DNA of 64,000 nt from Candidatus Levyibacteriota bacterium (GCA_016182185.1 JACOXU010000002.1:86874-150873), one strand, 5' to 3'. Positions 47,703-56,972 are shown, counted from the first letter of the stretch. A program made the numbers and translations. The notes: a model not told the origin generated them from the letters alone.

Positions 47703-48617
47703 TTATTTACCTTTCTTCCAAATAAGAGCTGAAACTGGAAAAGGTTGGTGACGTCTTTTAATGGTAACTTTTCCAGGCTTAACCTGTTTTTCATCTCCAT
47801 CAAGATTTATCCCTGCTGTTTCCTCTAAGCTTTCTATTTCCCCAGAAAAAGATGTACTCACCTCTGTTTTTACCAATTGTTTTGGTGCTTTTACTTTCAT
47901 CTGCCAAAAACAGGAAGCCACAGCACCTCTTAAAAAAGGCCAGTAATAGCTTTTTTTATCGACTTCAACAAGACCTAATTTATCGCCAGAAAGACTTAGC
48001 TCATTTTCTCCAAAAACCCTGAATGGTCCAAGATACTGGCTTGTTACATATGCACGAAGCAACGGTTCGTGAGAAGACATTGCGGACAAGAAATTTTGCG
48101 CAAAAGCTACAAGTCCGGCAGCATATGCTCTTGTCCTATGAGGAATCCTTGAATTTCTTACCTCTTCAAAGGCACGAGTAAAATCTTTTTCAAAGTCTCC
48201 CAATCCGGCCGAAATTACCCAAAAATCTTTTTCTCCGTCTTCATGCTCAATAACCGCAGGTTTGTAATCAATCGCTACGTGATTGTCTCTTTTTACAGCT
48301 TGAACTGGAGTTTTTGCTCCTTCTTGGATTAACGCAGTCTTGAAAGTATTGGTGCTTCCGCCGCCTGCGATAAGAAGCTGTGGATACTCATCGTGAGTTG
48401 CCAGCCAGGAAACCGCGGTTCGAATAGTCCCATCTCCTCCGATAATCACAACCGTAGGCGGAATATTTTTAATATTTCCATTCTCAAGATCTACAAGATT
48501 GAAACTTTGGGTTTCCTGGAATGTTTCAGAGACGACTCTCAACACACGATTTCTCTCCTGTTTATCACCGGCTTTTGAATTGATAATAACGCCTGTTTCT
48601 CTTTCTTTTCTTCCCAT
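47703..48617 (-). CDS. DAGK_cat-domain lipid kinase (YegS/BmrU-like)
   Basis: VVIIGGDGTIRT carries the GGDGT signature of the diacylglycerol-kinase catalytic domain. Confidence 0.55.
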   Translation of the reverse strand: MGRKERETGVIINSKAGDKQERNRVLRVVSETFQETQSFNLVDLENGNIKNIPPTVVIIGGDGTIRTAVSWLATHDEYPQLLIAGGGSTNTFKTALIQEGAKTPVQAVKRDNHVAIDYKPAVIEHEDGEKDFWVISAGLGDFEKDFTRAFEEVRNSRIPHRTRAYAAGLVAFAQNFLSAMSSHEPLLRAYVTSQYLGPFRVFGENELSLSGDKLGLVEVDKKSYYWPFLRGAVASCFWQMKVKAPKQLVKTEVSTSFSGEIESLEETAGINLDGDEKQVKPGKVTIKRRHQPFPVSALIWKKGK

Positions 48618-48652
48618 GCTTTTCTTAAAAATGAAGTATCTGAGGCAGTGGA

Positions 48653-48991
48653 TCAGCTTCTTTTTAGGATCGGTTCTTTATGATCCTGTTTTTTAATCAT
48701 GACTATGGCGCAAGATATTATAAGGGTCAAGATCAAAGCCCACCAGATTGTGTCTTCAATAGCCACACCCAGAAGTCGTATTTCCAAGATTTTGTCTGTT
48801 GAATAGGACCACGCCTTAACTCGCAAGGCAACGGTCATCATTATCGAACCATAAATAGTCAGTAGTATGACCAATAGAGATATGAGTTTTATCGCCTTTT
48901 TAAGAATTGGCCAATAATAAAACCATGTGATGATGATCAAGGGGAGAGTAATGGACAACGTATAAAATAAATAAGTAAATTTACCAAACAT
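48653..48991 (-). CDS. lycopene-cyclase-domain membrane protein (CrtYd-like), trimmed start
   Basis: Start moved to MFGKFTY, avoiding a 200-nt out-of-frame overlap. Has hydrophobic helices and a ...EDTIWWALIL motif. Confidence 0.35.
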   Translation of the reverse strand: MFGKFTYLFYTLSITLPLIIITWFYYWPILKKAIKLISLLVILLTIYGSIMMTVALRVKAWSYSTDKILEIRLLGVAIEDTIWWALILTLIISCAIVMIKKQDHKEPILKRS

Positions 48992-49313
48992 ATTTTTTAA
49001 AATATTGCCATCCAATAATAACAACAGTCGTAATAAAAAATGGCCATAGAAAATTAAAAAATATGAATTCTTCAAGAGGAAGACCTGTGGATGGATTACC
49101 GAAAAACCAAATACCCAAAGTCCCTGAAGTATTGTAATTCCATAGTCCGCTTCTAACCGATAAGAGATCCCAGGGAGTTCCAAAAAGAAAAGTTGGAATT
49201 ATGGTAAATAAATAAATTTTTATGTATGGTAAAAGCATTTTCCAAAAGAAGAACCAAAGTAAAATAAGCGGAATTACAAAAAATATAAGTTGTAGATTCA
49301 GGTACACAAACAT
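48981..49313 (-). CDS. lycopene-cyclase-domain membrane protein (CrtYc-like)
   Basis: About 110 aa with three TM helices. GLPLEEFIFFNFLW resembles the PxEE(x)xFF signature of the lycopene cyclase domain family. Confidence 0.4.
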   Translation of the reverse strand: MFVYLNLQLIFFVIPLILLWFFFWKMLLPYIKIYLFTIIPTFLFGTPWDLLSVRSGLWNYNTSGTLGIWFFGNPSTGLPLEEFIFFNFLWPFFITTVVIIGWQYFKKYVW

Positions 49314-49389
49314 AGTTATCTATTTTAATGAATTTTGGAGTAGAACACAATATTTTAAAACAAGTAAATTTGACGATTATAGGCCCAAA

Positions 49390-50283
49390 ATGTTATTATC
49401 CGTTGTTATGCACGAAAAATTACATTCGATTGTTCATAACGGACGGATATTTGTTGATGCAGCCTGGGGAGCTGCTACAAGAAGAAGTATCTTAAGATCA
49501 GGTCTTGAAACATATCTTAAAAAGGTAAATCGGAAGCCTGAATCATCTTATAATCCGGATGATGAAATTATACTGCGTGAATTTTTTCCGAGAATATCTC
49601 AGGCAGTCAAAGAAAAAAATCATTCAAGACAAAGCCTACTTACACTTCCTTGGAGTACTCAAAAAATTGAGCTCCATCGTTTGGCCAAGGCCATTATTGC
49701 ATTTTCAGACGATCATGGTAAAGAAACTGTGCCCGAGTTTTTTCCAGTTGAAGAAATGTTTCAATTTCTAAATGAAGTAAGATGTCAGTTTCAGCAGACA
49801 GGAAAGCAGTTGACTTTAATAAATCAACTTGATATTGCCTTGCGTCAAACAGACAATCATCCCACTGCTGCAGCAATTCTGACAAGTGTTTCTTACAGAG
49901 CGTTACGTAATTGTGACAGAAGAATTGACCCGAGACTTTCTTTTGCAATAGATTCAGACACAGAATCAATTACCATGATGGATATTGCCAGAAGCACGGC
50001 TGATTTTGCTATGGCAGATAAAAGAGATCCTTTAGGTAATACATACCATTGGAGGTCACAGTTTTCTTTTGTAATGACTTCGCCCTTATTCAAAACTGAT
50101 TCCCCAACGCAGGTAAATGCATATAACACCGCATTTCATTTTGGGCCGGAATTAACACGAGGTATAAGAAATAAGCTTTTGGGCATGCCGCTTGCAGCTG
50201 GAGATCATAAAGATGTTGACAGACAAGGCATGCGTATAGGAAGAGGAATAGGAAGCCTAGTCATTAGTAGACTCTGCAAATAA
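49390..50283 (+). CDS. hypothetical protein
   Basis: Track ORF 49222..50283 is trimmed to MLLSVVMHEK, because the N-terminal part is antisense-overlapped by the divergent gene. Confidence 0.4.
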   Translation: MLLSVVMHEKLHSIVHNGRIFVDAAWGAATRRSILRSGLETYLKKVNRKPESSYNPDDEIILREFFPRISQAVKEKNHSRQSLLTLPWSTQKIELHRLAKAIIAFSDDHGKETVPEFFPVEEMFQFLNEVRCQFQQTGKQLTLINQLDIALRQTDNHPTAAAILTSVSYRALRNCDRRIDPRLSFAIDSDTESITMMDIARSTADFAMADKRDPLGNTYHWRSQFSFVMTSPLFKTDSPTQVNAYNTAFHFGPELTRGIRNKLLGMPLAAGDHKDVDRQGMRIGRGIGSLVISRLCK

Positions 50284-50331
50284 AATTAGTAGTCAAACTT
50301 CAAACTGCGACTTCTGTGGTACAATAGGTTT

Positions 50332-52035
50332 ATGCAGAATGTTGAAAAAGAAATTGCTGATGCGCTTAAAAAAATATTAAAAGAAGAAATTGGAGAAGAT
50401 GTAAAAATAGAGATTTCTCGTCCTCAAGATTCTTCTCATGGAGACTACTCAACCAACATTATACTTCGGATTTTTCACAAATTAGCCCAAAAATACCAAA
50501 ACCCCCATGATCTTGCAGAATTTATAGTAAATCAGCTTCAAAAAAAATTACCCAATATAGAGAAAATTCAAGCTTTTCCGCCCGGATTTATAAATTTTTG
50601 GTTGTCAGGAAAATATCTTTTTGAAAAACTGGATCATATTACAACACAACAAGATAATTTTGGAAAAGAGGCACAATTGAGAAATAAAAAAATAATGCTA
50701 GAATTTGCTGATCCAAATCCTTTCAAAGAATTTCATATCGGCCATTTAAGAAATATAACGCTGGGAGAGTCATATGCAAGACTTCTAGAGTTTCAGGGAG
50801 CGGATGTCTGGCGGGTGAATTATCAGGGAGATGTCGGGATGCATGTGGCAAAAGCCCTATGGGGAGTTCAAAATTCAAAAGTCAAAATGCAAAATTTAAA
50901 GTCAAAAGATGAAAGGTCAAAGTTTTTAGGAGAGGCATATGCATTAGGCGCTAAGGCATACGATGAAGATGAAAAAGCCAAAAAAGAAATAGAGGAGATA
51001 AATCTTAAAATTTATCAAAAGAGCGATCAGAGTCTTAATAAACTTTGGGAGAAGGGAAGAAAATGGAGCCTCGATCACTTTGAAGAAATTTATAAAAGAC
51101 TCAGGACAAGATACAAAAGATATTACTTTGAAAGCCAAACTGCAGAACCTGGACGTGAGATAGTTTTGAAAAATATTGAAAATAAAATATTTGAGAAACA
51201 CGACGGCGCTGTAGTTTTTAGAGGAACGCACACGAGAGTTTTTGTTACCAGCGAGAATTACGCAACTTATGAGGCAAAAGATCTTGCCTTGGCCAAAATC
51301 AAATTTGAAGATTTTAAATACGATAGGTCGATAATCATCACTGCCAATGAACAGATAGAATACTTCAAAGTTGTTTTAGAGGCGATGAAAAAAGTTTCGC
51401 TTGAGCTTGCTAATAAAACTATCCATGAATCTTTTGGATTTGTAAAACTTAAAGAAGGTAAAATGTCATCAAGAAAAGGAAGTGTGATAACAGGGGAATG
51501 GCTTCTGGATGAGGCGAAGAATAGATTAAAGTCGCAATTTCCCAAAATGGATGGGGAAACACTGGAGAAAGTCGCCGTTGGAGCCGTAAAGTATTCCATG
51601 CTGAAATTTTCCCGTAAATCCGATATTACCTTCAGCTTCGATGAGTCGATCAGTCTTGAGGGCAATTCAGGACCGTACCTGCAGTACTCCTATGCTCGTA
51701 CGCAAAGCGTGCTGGCGAAAATCCCAAATCCCAAATCCAAAATCCCAAATAATTCTAAACTTCAAAATATAAAACTGGAAAGAGAAGAGGAATTACTACT
51801 CAGGTTATTAATCCATTTTCCGGAGGTTGTCAAGGATTCTTCTGAGAATTTTGCACCGAATATTCTCTGCAATTTCCTTTTCGAGCTTGCCCAGAGTTTT
51901 AATAATTTCTATCAAAAGCACAAGATTATCGGAAGTAAAACTGAAGAATTTAGATTAAATCTAACCTTAGCAGTCGGCCAGATCCTCAAAAACGGCCTCT
52001 TTCTTTTGGGTATTGAGGCGCCTGAGAAGATGTGA
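50332..52035 (+). CDS. argS: arginyl-tRNA synthetase
   Basis: Class I HIGH motif (PFKEFHIGHLRN) and KMSSRKG (the KMSKS equivalent). Contains two in-frame heptamer-repeat tracts. Confidence 0.9.
   Translation: MQNVEKEIADALKKILKEEIGEDVKIEISRPQDSSHGDYSTNIILRIFHKLAQKYQNPHDLAEFIVNQLQKKLPNIEKIQAFPPGFINFWLSGKYLFEKLDHITTQQDNFGKEAQLRNKKIMLEFADPNPFKEFHIGHLRNITLGESYARLLEFQGADVWRVNYQGDVGMHVAKALWGVQNSKVKMQNLKSKDERSKFLGEAYALGAKAYDEDEKAKKEIEEINLKIYQKSDQSLNKLWEKGRKWSLDHFEEIYKRLRTRYKRYYFESQTAEPGREIVLKNIENKIFEKHDGAVVFRGTHTRVFVTSENYATYEAKDLALAKIKFEDFKYDRSIIITANEQIEYFKVVLEAMKKVSLELANKTIHESFGFVKLKEGKMSSRKGSVITGEWLLDEAKNRLKSQFPKMDGETLEKVAVGAVKYSMLKFSRKSDITFSFDESISLEGNSGPYLQYSYARTQSVLAKIPNPKSKIPNNSKLQNIKLEREEELLLRLLIHFPEVVKDSSENFAPNILCNFLFELAQSFNNFYQKHKIIGSKTEEFRLNLTLAVGQILKNGLFLLGIEAPEKM
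50867..50909 (+). repeat. degenerate heptamer repeat (caaaatt-type), in-frame in argS
   Basis: ttcaaaattcaaaagtcaaaatgcaaaatttaaagtcaaaag, encoding VQNSKVKMQNLKSK. Confidence 0.65.
51717..51750 (+). repeat. heptamer repeat (aaatccc)x4, in-frame in argS
   Basis: gaaaatcccaaatcccaaatccaaaatcccaaat, encoding KIPNPKSKIPN. Confidence 0.7.
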
Positions 52036-52089
52036 TATCATGACAGAATCGATCAGCTTCAAGTCTGATCTTTTTTATCTTCAAACCTT

Positions 52090-53367
52090 ATGAATTACCA
52101 AAGAACAGTTCTTTCAAACGGCCTTAGTGTTTTGACTATCCCTATGCCTTCCTTCAAGAGCGTGACCGCAATGGTGATGGTGGGCGCCGGCAGTCGTTAT
52201 GAAACAAAAAAGAATAGCGGAATCTCTCACTTTTTAGAACACATGGCATTTAAGGGAACTAAAAAACGGCCCTCCGCGCTTGATATCTCAAATTTAATTG
52301 ATGGAATTGGCGGAGAATTTAATGCTTTTACAGGAAAAGAGGCAACCGGTTACTATATCAAATCATCTGCAAACCATACAGAGCTTTGTCTTGATGTTCT
52401 TTCTGACATGCTTCAGAACTCCCTCTTCGATGAAAATGAAATAGGTAAAGAGAAAGGTGTAATTTTGGAAGAAATTAATCTTTACGAGGATACACCGGTT
52501 CGAAAGATAGGAGATATATTTGAAAGATTGGTTTACGGAGATACGCCCATGGGATGGGACATAGCAGGAGTAAAAGATGTCATAAAGAGCGTTCAAAGGA
52601 AGGATTTTATTTCATACATGGATAGTTTATATAGCGCAGATAATATTACCGTTGTACTCGCGGGAGGCATCACAAGTAAAAGAGCCAATGAGTTAGTAGA
52701 AAAATATTTTGGAAAAATGAAGAAGTTTGATATATTACGATATAATAAAGTAGTAGAGACCCAAAAGGAACCCGGTCTTCTTATAAAGCAGAAGAAAACA
52801 GAGCAAGTCCATGTTGCTCTTGGGGTTAGGACAGTTCCCCTTAATCATAAAGACCGCTATTCACTTTCTGTCCTGTCAGCTATATTGGGCGGCGGAATGA
52901 GTTCAAGACTATTTCATGAAGTTCGTGAAAGAAGAGGACTTGCTTACTATGTCAGAACCAGCTCCGACCACTATCAGGATTGTGGGAATCTTGTCTCAAC
53001 AGCCGGAGTGGATCCCAAGAGAGTGGGTGAGGCAATCGAAGTTATGATTTCTGAGTATCATAAAATTAAAAGCGAAAAAAATGGCATTAGTAGCAAAGAG
53101 CTTAAGAAAGCAAAAGAATACTTAAAAGGACACTTAATCTTGGAGCTTGAAGATTCAAGATCAGTTGCAGGTTTCTATGCGCATCAGGAGCTTCTTGAGA
53201 AGAAAATCGATAATCCTTCAGAAACAATTGTCAAGATAAACAAGGTAACCGCAGATGAGGTTCAGAAAACTGCTCGTAAATACTTAAACGAGCAGGGATT
53301 AAACCTGGCAATAATCGGTAATTTTCCCAATGGACAAGAGTTTAAGAAACTATTAAAATTAACCTAA
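52090..53367 (+). CDS. M16-family zinc peptidase (insulinase-like)
   Basis: Inverted zincin motif HFLEHMAFKGT (HxxEH), with a downstream E. An M16 C-terminal domain follows. Confidence 0.8.
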   Translation: MNYQRTVLSNGLSVLTIPMPSFKSVTAMVMVGAGSRYETKKNSGISHFLEHMAFKGTKKRPSALDISNLIDGIGGEFNAFTGKEATGYYIKSSANHTELCLDVLSDMLQNSLFDENEIGKEKGVILEEINLYEDTPVRKIGDIFERLVYGDTPMGWDIAGVKDVIKSVQRKDFISYMDSLYSADNITVVLAGGITSKRANELVEKYFGKMKKFDILRYNKVVETQKEPGLLIKQKKTEQVHVALGVRTVPLNHKDRYSLSVLSAILGGGMSSRLFHEVRERRGLAYYVRTSSDHYQDCGNLVSTAGVDPKRVGEAIEVMISEYHKIKSEKNGISSKELKKAKEYLKGHLILELEDSRSVAGFYAHQELLEKKIDNPSETIVKINKVTADEVQKTARKYLNEQGLNLAIIGNFPNGQEFKKLLKLT

Positions 53368-53440
53368 TTAACCTAATTGACCTAATTAATCTAATTGATC
53401 TAAAATAGATTTAGTAATTAGAAATTAGAATTTAGAAATT
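53357..53440 (+). repeat. tandem 9-mer/7-mer AT-rich repeats (acctaatta, attagaa) in the M16-ndk intergenic region
   Basis: aattaacctaattaacctaattgacctaattaatctaattgatc...taattagaaattagaatttagaaatt. The array starts within the last codons of the peptidase gene. Confidence 0.7.
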
Positions 53441-53448
53441 TTCAGGAT

Positions 53449-54021
53449 ATGGAACAGACAGTGGTATTATTTAAACCGGACGCAGTCAAAAGAGGACTGG
53501 TTGGAGAAATACTTAAAAGACTTGAAAGAACAGGACTTAAAATTGTTGCAATGAAAATGGTGACAGCATCCGATGAACTTCTTCTCAAGCACTACCAAAG
53601 CGACAATCCTGCAACTCTTAAAAGATGGGGAGAGAAAACCCTTAAGACATACACTCAATATGGAAAAAATGCCAAAAAAGAATTAGGAACTGATGATCCT
53701 ATGGAGCTTGGGAAAATGGTCAACAAATGGCTCTTTGACTACGTAAAATCAGGACCGATTATTGCCATACTTTTGGAAGGAAAACATGCAGTTGAGAACG
53801 TAATTGCTCTTGCCGGCCCGACTATGCCGGTTCAATCTCCGGCAGGAACTATAAGGGGTGATTTCTCAACCGATTCGGCCGCTTATGCCAATGATGAGAA
53901 AAGGGGAGTAATGAACCTTATTCATGTTTCAGCAAGTATTGAGGAGGCAAATCTTGAAAAAACCCTTTGGTTTACGCCTTCTGAAATTCACGATTACAAA
54001 AGAGTAGAGGAGTATATTTAA
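53449..54021 (+). CDS. ndk: nucleoside diphosphate kinase with a ~35-aa insertion
   Basis: VVLFKPDAVKRGLVGEILKRLERTGLKIVAMK and NLIHVSASIEEANLEKTLWF (the His active-site region). At 190 aa it is longer than the usual ~140-150 aa, because of an insertion after the HYQ motif. Confidence 0.8.
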   Translation: MEQTVVLFKPDAVKRGLVGEILKRLERTGLKIVAMKMVTASDELLLKHYQSDNPATLKRWGEKTLKTYTQYGKNAKKELGTDDPMELGKMVNKWLFDYVKSGPIIAILLEGKHAVENVIALAGPTMPVQSPAGTIRGDFSTDSAAYANDEKRGVMNLIHVSASIEEANLEKTLWFTPSEIHDYKRVEEYI

Positions 54022-54211
54022 AACTTTTTTCTTGTTCTTTTTCCGCAAAAGAACCAAAACTCCCGTCAAGCCTTGTCTCATGCTCTCAAAGTTTCGCTCA
54101 TTTGTCGGGTGATAACACCCCCTCCGAATTCACGGGTTCCCCCTGACGCACTCACTTAACTTCTCGTGCATTCGACATGCGGATTGGCGAAAAGTATTCC
54201 TCCTTCCTCGC

Positions 54212-54239
54212 TTGACTTTTGGTTTTTTGGGTTTATAAT
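54212..54239 (+). promoter_or_regulatory. strong sigma70-like promoter (TTGACT-16-TATAAT)
   Basis: TTGACT at 54212-54217 and TATAAT at 54234-54239. The predicted transcription start lies ~8 nt before the ATG at 54249. Confidence 0.4.
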
Positions 54240-54248
54240 ATTCCTATT

Positions 54249-54590
54249 ATGTCGGGAATAGAATCAAGGACCCGAAATCAATCAGTAGACGTAGAAATAA
54301 GAAGAGGACTTTTTGGTTTAAGAAAAAGAGTTGTTCACATGGAAGCGGGAGATGGAGTTCCTATTGGTAAAGGATTACATGTCGAAAATGGAGGTTCCTA
54401 TTTTTGGATAGCTGAAAAAGGATTAGAAGGAAGAAATGTCTCAGTTAGGCGAGCGCTAAAAGTTAGTAGGAGACGAGAGGAACCATTCATGCACAAAGCT
54501 AAAAGTAATTTTTTCCCCTATCACATTCCCGAGGGATTTGAAATAAAAATAAAAACACCTTCGATGCGAGTAAAAGTGAGTAGAGGATAA
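54249..54590 (+). CDS. hypothetical protein (113 aa); low confidence, possibly a gene remnant
   Basis: In-frame Met of track ORF 54219..54590, directly downstream of the promoter and near-leaderless. Composition is unusual. It is followed by a start-less ORF in another frame. Confidence 0.2.
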   Translation: MSGIESRTRNQSVDVEIRRGLFGLRKRVVHMEAGDGVPIGKGLHVENGGSYFWIAEKGLEGRNVSVRRALKVSRRREEPFMHKAKSNFFPYHIPEGFEIKIKTPSMRVKVSRG

Positions 54591-54929
54591 TTATGCCGGA
54601 GATTGATTTTAACAAACGAAAAGAATAGAGAAATTTTTAACTTGGAGACACGGAAAGTTTGCGTTTGGCGAAGCAAAGACAAGAGGTGAAGGTGAACTTT
54701 ATGATAGTGGCGAATATCTTTATGCAGATTTAATTAACGGAGAGCCAGTAAACACTTTCGCAGAAACTAGAACTACTAGTGTATTACCAGAAGCACTTAT
54801 TAGAGCTGATGTCAGTGAGAAACATGCAGAACAACTCAAAAAGCGCGGGGTAATTTTTGATTCTAAGGAAGGCCCTCGACAACCCGAACCTAGAATCTCT
54901 ATAGAGCAGAGATCTATGGGTGAATGGAT

Positions 54930-55406
54930 TTAACTACTCTTAGCTTCTTCTTTTTTTTTCCCCTTTTTAAACAGCGAGTAGCTTAGGAAGAAAATTGATA
55001 GATTGATAATTTCTGAAAGTACGCAATACTGACAAAAATTCTTAAGAATAGCCAGTTGTATATAAAAAAGTAGAATTGAGGCAATAACACCCGTTGCTGC
55101 AATAAAAAATATTGCATTTGAAAAAATCTTTCTTGAATTGTGATAAAACATCAGGCAGACTGCAATAATTGATACGTAAAATAAACTTCCTAAGAGAGCT
55201 ATCGGCACGCCGAATATGGTTGCGAATTGACTCGTTAAGACTGTTTCGCATCCTTTAGTTATGGTACAGGGAGGAAAAGCATTTTTATAATGCAGAATTG
55301 TTAAATATGTTGCATCAAGGAATCCCAAAAAAGCTAAAAAGCCAATTAGAGGAAGAATATATTTATTTTTTATCAATTTCATTTTGGACGAGTTGTTTAA
55401 AATCAT
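54930..55406 (-). CDS. vitamin K epoxide reductase (VKOR) family membrane oxidoreductase
   Basis: Loop Cys pair PPCTITKGCETVL, FGVPIALLG, and active-site CQYC in the last TM helix. Confidence 0.6.
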   Translation of the reverse strand: MILNNSSKMKLIKNKYILPLIGFLAFLGFLDATYLTILHYKNAFPPCTITKGCETVLTSQFATIFGVPIALLGSLFYVSIIAVCLMFYHNSRKIFSNAIFFIAATGVIASILLFYIQLAILKNFCQYCVLSEIINLSIFFLSYSLFKKGKKKEEAKSS

Positions 55407-56091
55407 TATATGATCTTGGATTCTGAATCTTCACTCCATTGAGAAAAAAGGTAGGAGTGGAATTAACACCAATTGAAAGACCCTGGCTATATTGTTCGTT
55501 AATGATCTTCTTGCCCTCATCAGATTCTAGATCAGCTTGGAATTTTTCCATATCAAGTTTAAGCTTGCTGGCATAATCTATAAAAATTTCTTTTGCATTT
55601 GAAGCATTTTCCCAGGATTTTTGATCTGTATAGAGCAAATTATCCATTTCCCAAAATTTACCCTGCTTATGAGCTGCAAATCCTGCCTGCGCAGAGATCA
55701 TTGCGTTTTTGTGAGTTTGAATGAGGGGAAAAAATCGGTACACGAAATAAATGTTATCTTTAAAATCTATTATCAGCTGGTTCACGAAGGGTTGATAGGC
55801 TGCGCAGGCAGGGCACTGAAAATCAGCGTATTCGACCAATACTGCCTTGGCTTTCGGGTTCCCAATTGCTATGTCTGAACTTGTGATTGGTGGAAGCTTA
55901 ACAAGCTCGGGGTTTGTTTGAGGAGAGTTTGCAATTTGAATAAGTCCCCAGACCGATACGATCAAGATAAATACTGCACCTGCCCAAACTGCTATCTGTT
56001 TGAGCATTTTGCTCCTTTTTTCTTTATTAAGCTTTTCTTCCCATTCCTGTTTTTTAAGTTCTTTCCTTTCTTTTTTAGTCAATTTTTCCAT
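55363..56091 (-). CDS. DsbA-like thioredoxin-fold thiol:disulfide oxidoreductase (membrane-anchored)
   Basis: N-terminal TM, then the active site CPAC in YADFQCPACAAY. It overlaps and is co-oriented with the VKOR gene, so they form a probable redox pair. Confidence 0.7.
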   Translation of the reverse strand: MEKLTKKERKELKKQEWEEKLNKEKRSKMLKQIAVWAGAVFILIVSVWGLIQIANSPQTNPELVKLPPITSSDIAIGNPKAKAVLVEYADFQCPACAAYQPFVNQLIIDFKDNIYFVYRFFPLIQTHKNAMISAQAGFAAHKQGKFWEMDNLLYTDQKSWENASNAKEIFIDYASKLKLDMEKFQADLESDEGKKIINEQYSQGLSIGVNSTPTFFLNGVKIQNPRSYNDFKQLVQNEIDKK

Positions 56092-56165
56092 TTTGTAATC
56101 ATGACATAAATTATTTCTAATTTCAATATGGTTGAAGTTTTAATTTTTATGTTAATATATATATT

Positions 56166-56465
56166 ATGTTACATCCTCATAAAGAAATGAAACATGGCGG
56201 AAATTTGTTCCACCGTATCTTGACCGGAATAGTAATGGTAGTCGCGACTCTAAGCCCTCTTATTACAGCTCCTCAACTCATAAATATTTATATAAGCAGA
56301 AATGTGAGCGGTGTTTCTCAAGTAACATGGCTGGCTTATGTTTTTACTGCGTCCATGTGGTTTTCTTATGGAGTTATTCATAGAGAGAGGGTTCTTATTA
56401 TAAACGGAGCATTGGGGGTAATTCTGGGATCCTTGATTTCGCTTGGAATCGTACTCTACCGCTAG
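56166..56465 (+). CDS. SemiSWEET/PQ-loop family transporter
   Basis: About 99 aa with three TM helices and the PQ motif (LITAPQLINIY). Confidence 0.5.
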   Translation: MLHPHKEMKHGGNLFHRILTGIVMVVATLSPLITAPQLINIYISRNVSGVSQVTWLAYVFTASMWFSYGVIHRERVLIINGALGVILGSLISLGIVLYR

Positions 56466-56536
56466 CCTGCGTAAACTATATCTTCCTCGGCACCTTGATT
56501 TATGACTAGATTTTGTTTGGGGTTTGGGGGTTAAGT

Positions 56537-56875
56537 TTAGTCAAGTCGTCTAGTTGCTCTGGGTTCCCATTTTGATTTAATATATTCTTCTACAGAACGA
56601 CCTTTTGTTTCATCGGCGCCAGTTACATGTCCTCTCACAATATGGTACGCATATAGATCTGGATTAGTCTCTTGGTTTCTGCCCTCTTCATGAACAAGAT
56701 AAACTAATACTGAATCATTTGGATTATTGTTGTTGGGAATTGCCCAATGCCCTTCATACCTTAACTTATATGGATAATCTGCGGAAATATTTTCAGGTTT
56801 GTAGCCTGGCTCAACGGACGCATACTCATAATATAAGTATTCATTTATTCCTTTTCTGGTTTTTGGCGTATCCAT
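56537..56875 (-). CDS. hypothetical protein
   Basis: 112 aa with no motif I can name. Confidence 0.4.
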   Translation of the reverse strand: MDTPKTRKGINEYLYYEYASVEPGYKPENISADYPYKLRYEGHWAIPNNNNPNDSVLVYLVHEEGRNQETNPDLYAYHIVRGHVTGADETKGRSVEEYIKSKWEPRATRRLD

Positions 56876-56900
56876 TATAAAATTATAGCAAAATTTCTTG

Positions 56901-56972
56901 TCGGGGTAGCCCGATTTGAACGGGCGACCTCACCGTCCCGAACGGTGCGCGCTACCACTGCGCCATACCCCG
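56901..56972 (-). tRNA. tRNA-Pro (anticodon CGG)
   Basis: Reverse complement is cggggtatggcgcagtggtagcgcgcaccgttcgggacggtgaggtcgcccgttcaaatcgggctaccccga. The anticodon loop is ttCGGga and the T-loop is ttcaaat. Confidence 0.8.

Noticed and set aside
48992-49183. N-terminal 64 codons of track ORF 48653..49183.
   Set aside because: They overlap the neighbouring lycopene-cyclase-domain ORF out of frame for 200 nt. The internal Met at 48991 gives the tidy 11-nt overlap typical of coupled genes.
54598-54930. 105-codon protein-like ORF with no start codon (…HGKFAFGEAKTRGEGELYDSGEYLYADLINGEPVNTF…).
   Set aside because: There is no ATG/GTG/TTG at its 5' end. It is in a different frame from both upstream ORFs and no clean single frameshift links them. 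It is left as a possible pseudogene under findings.
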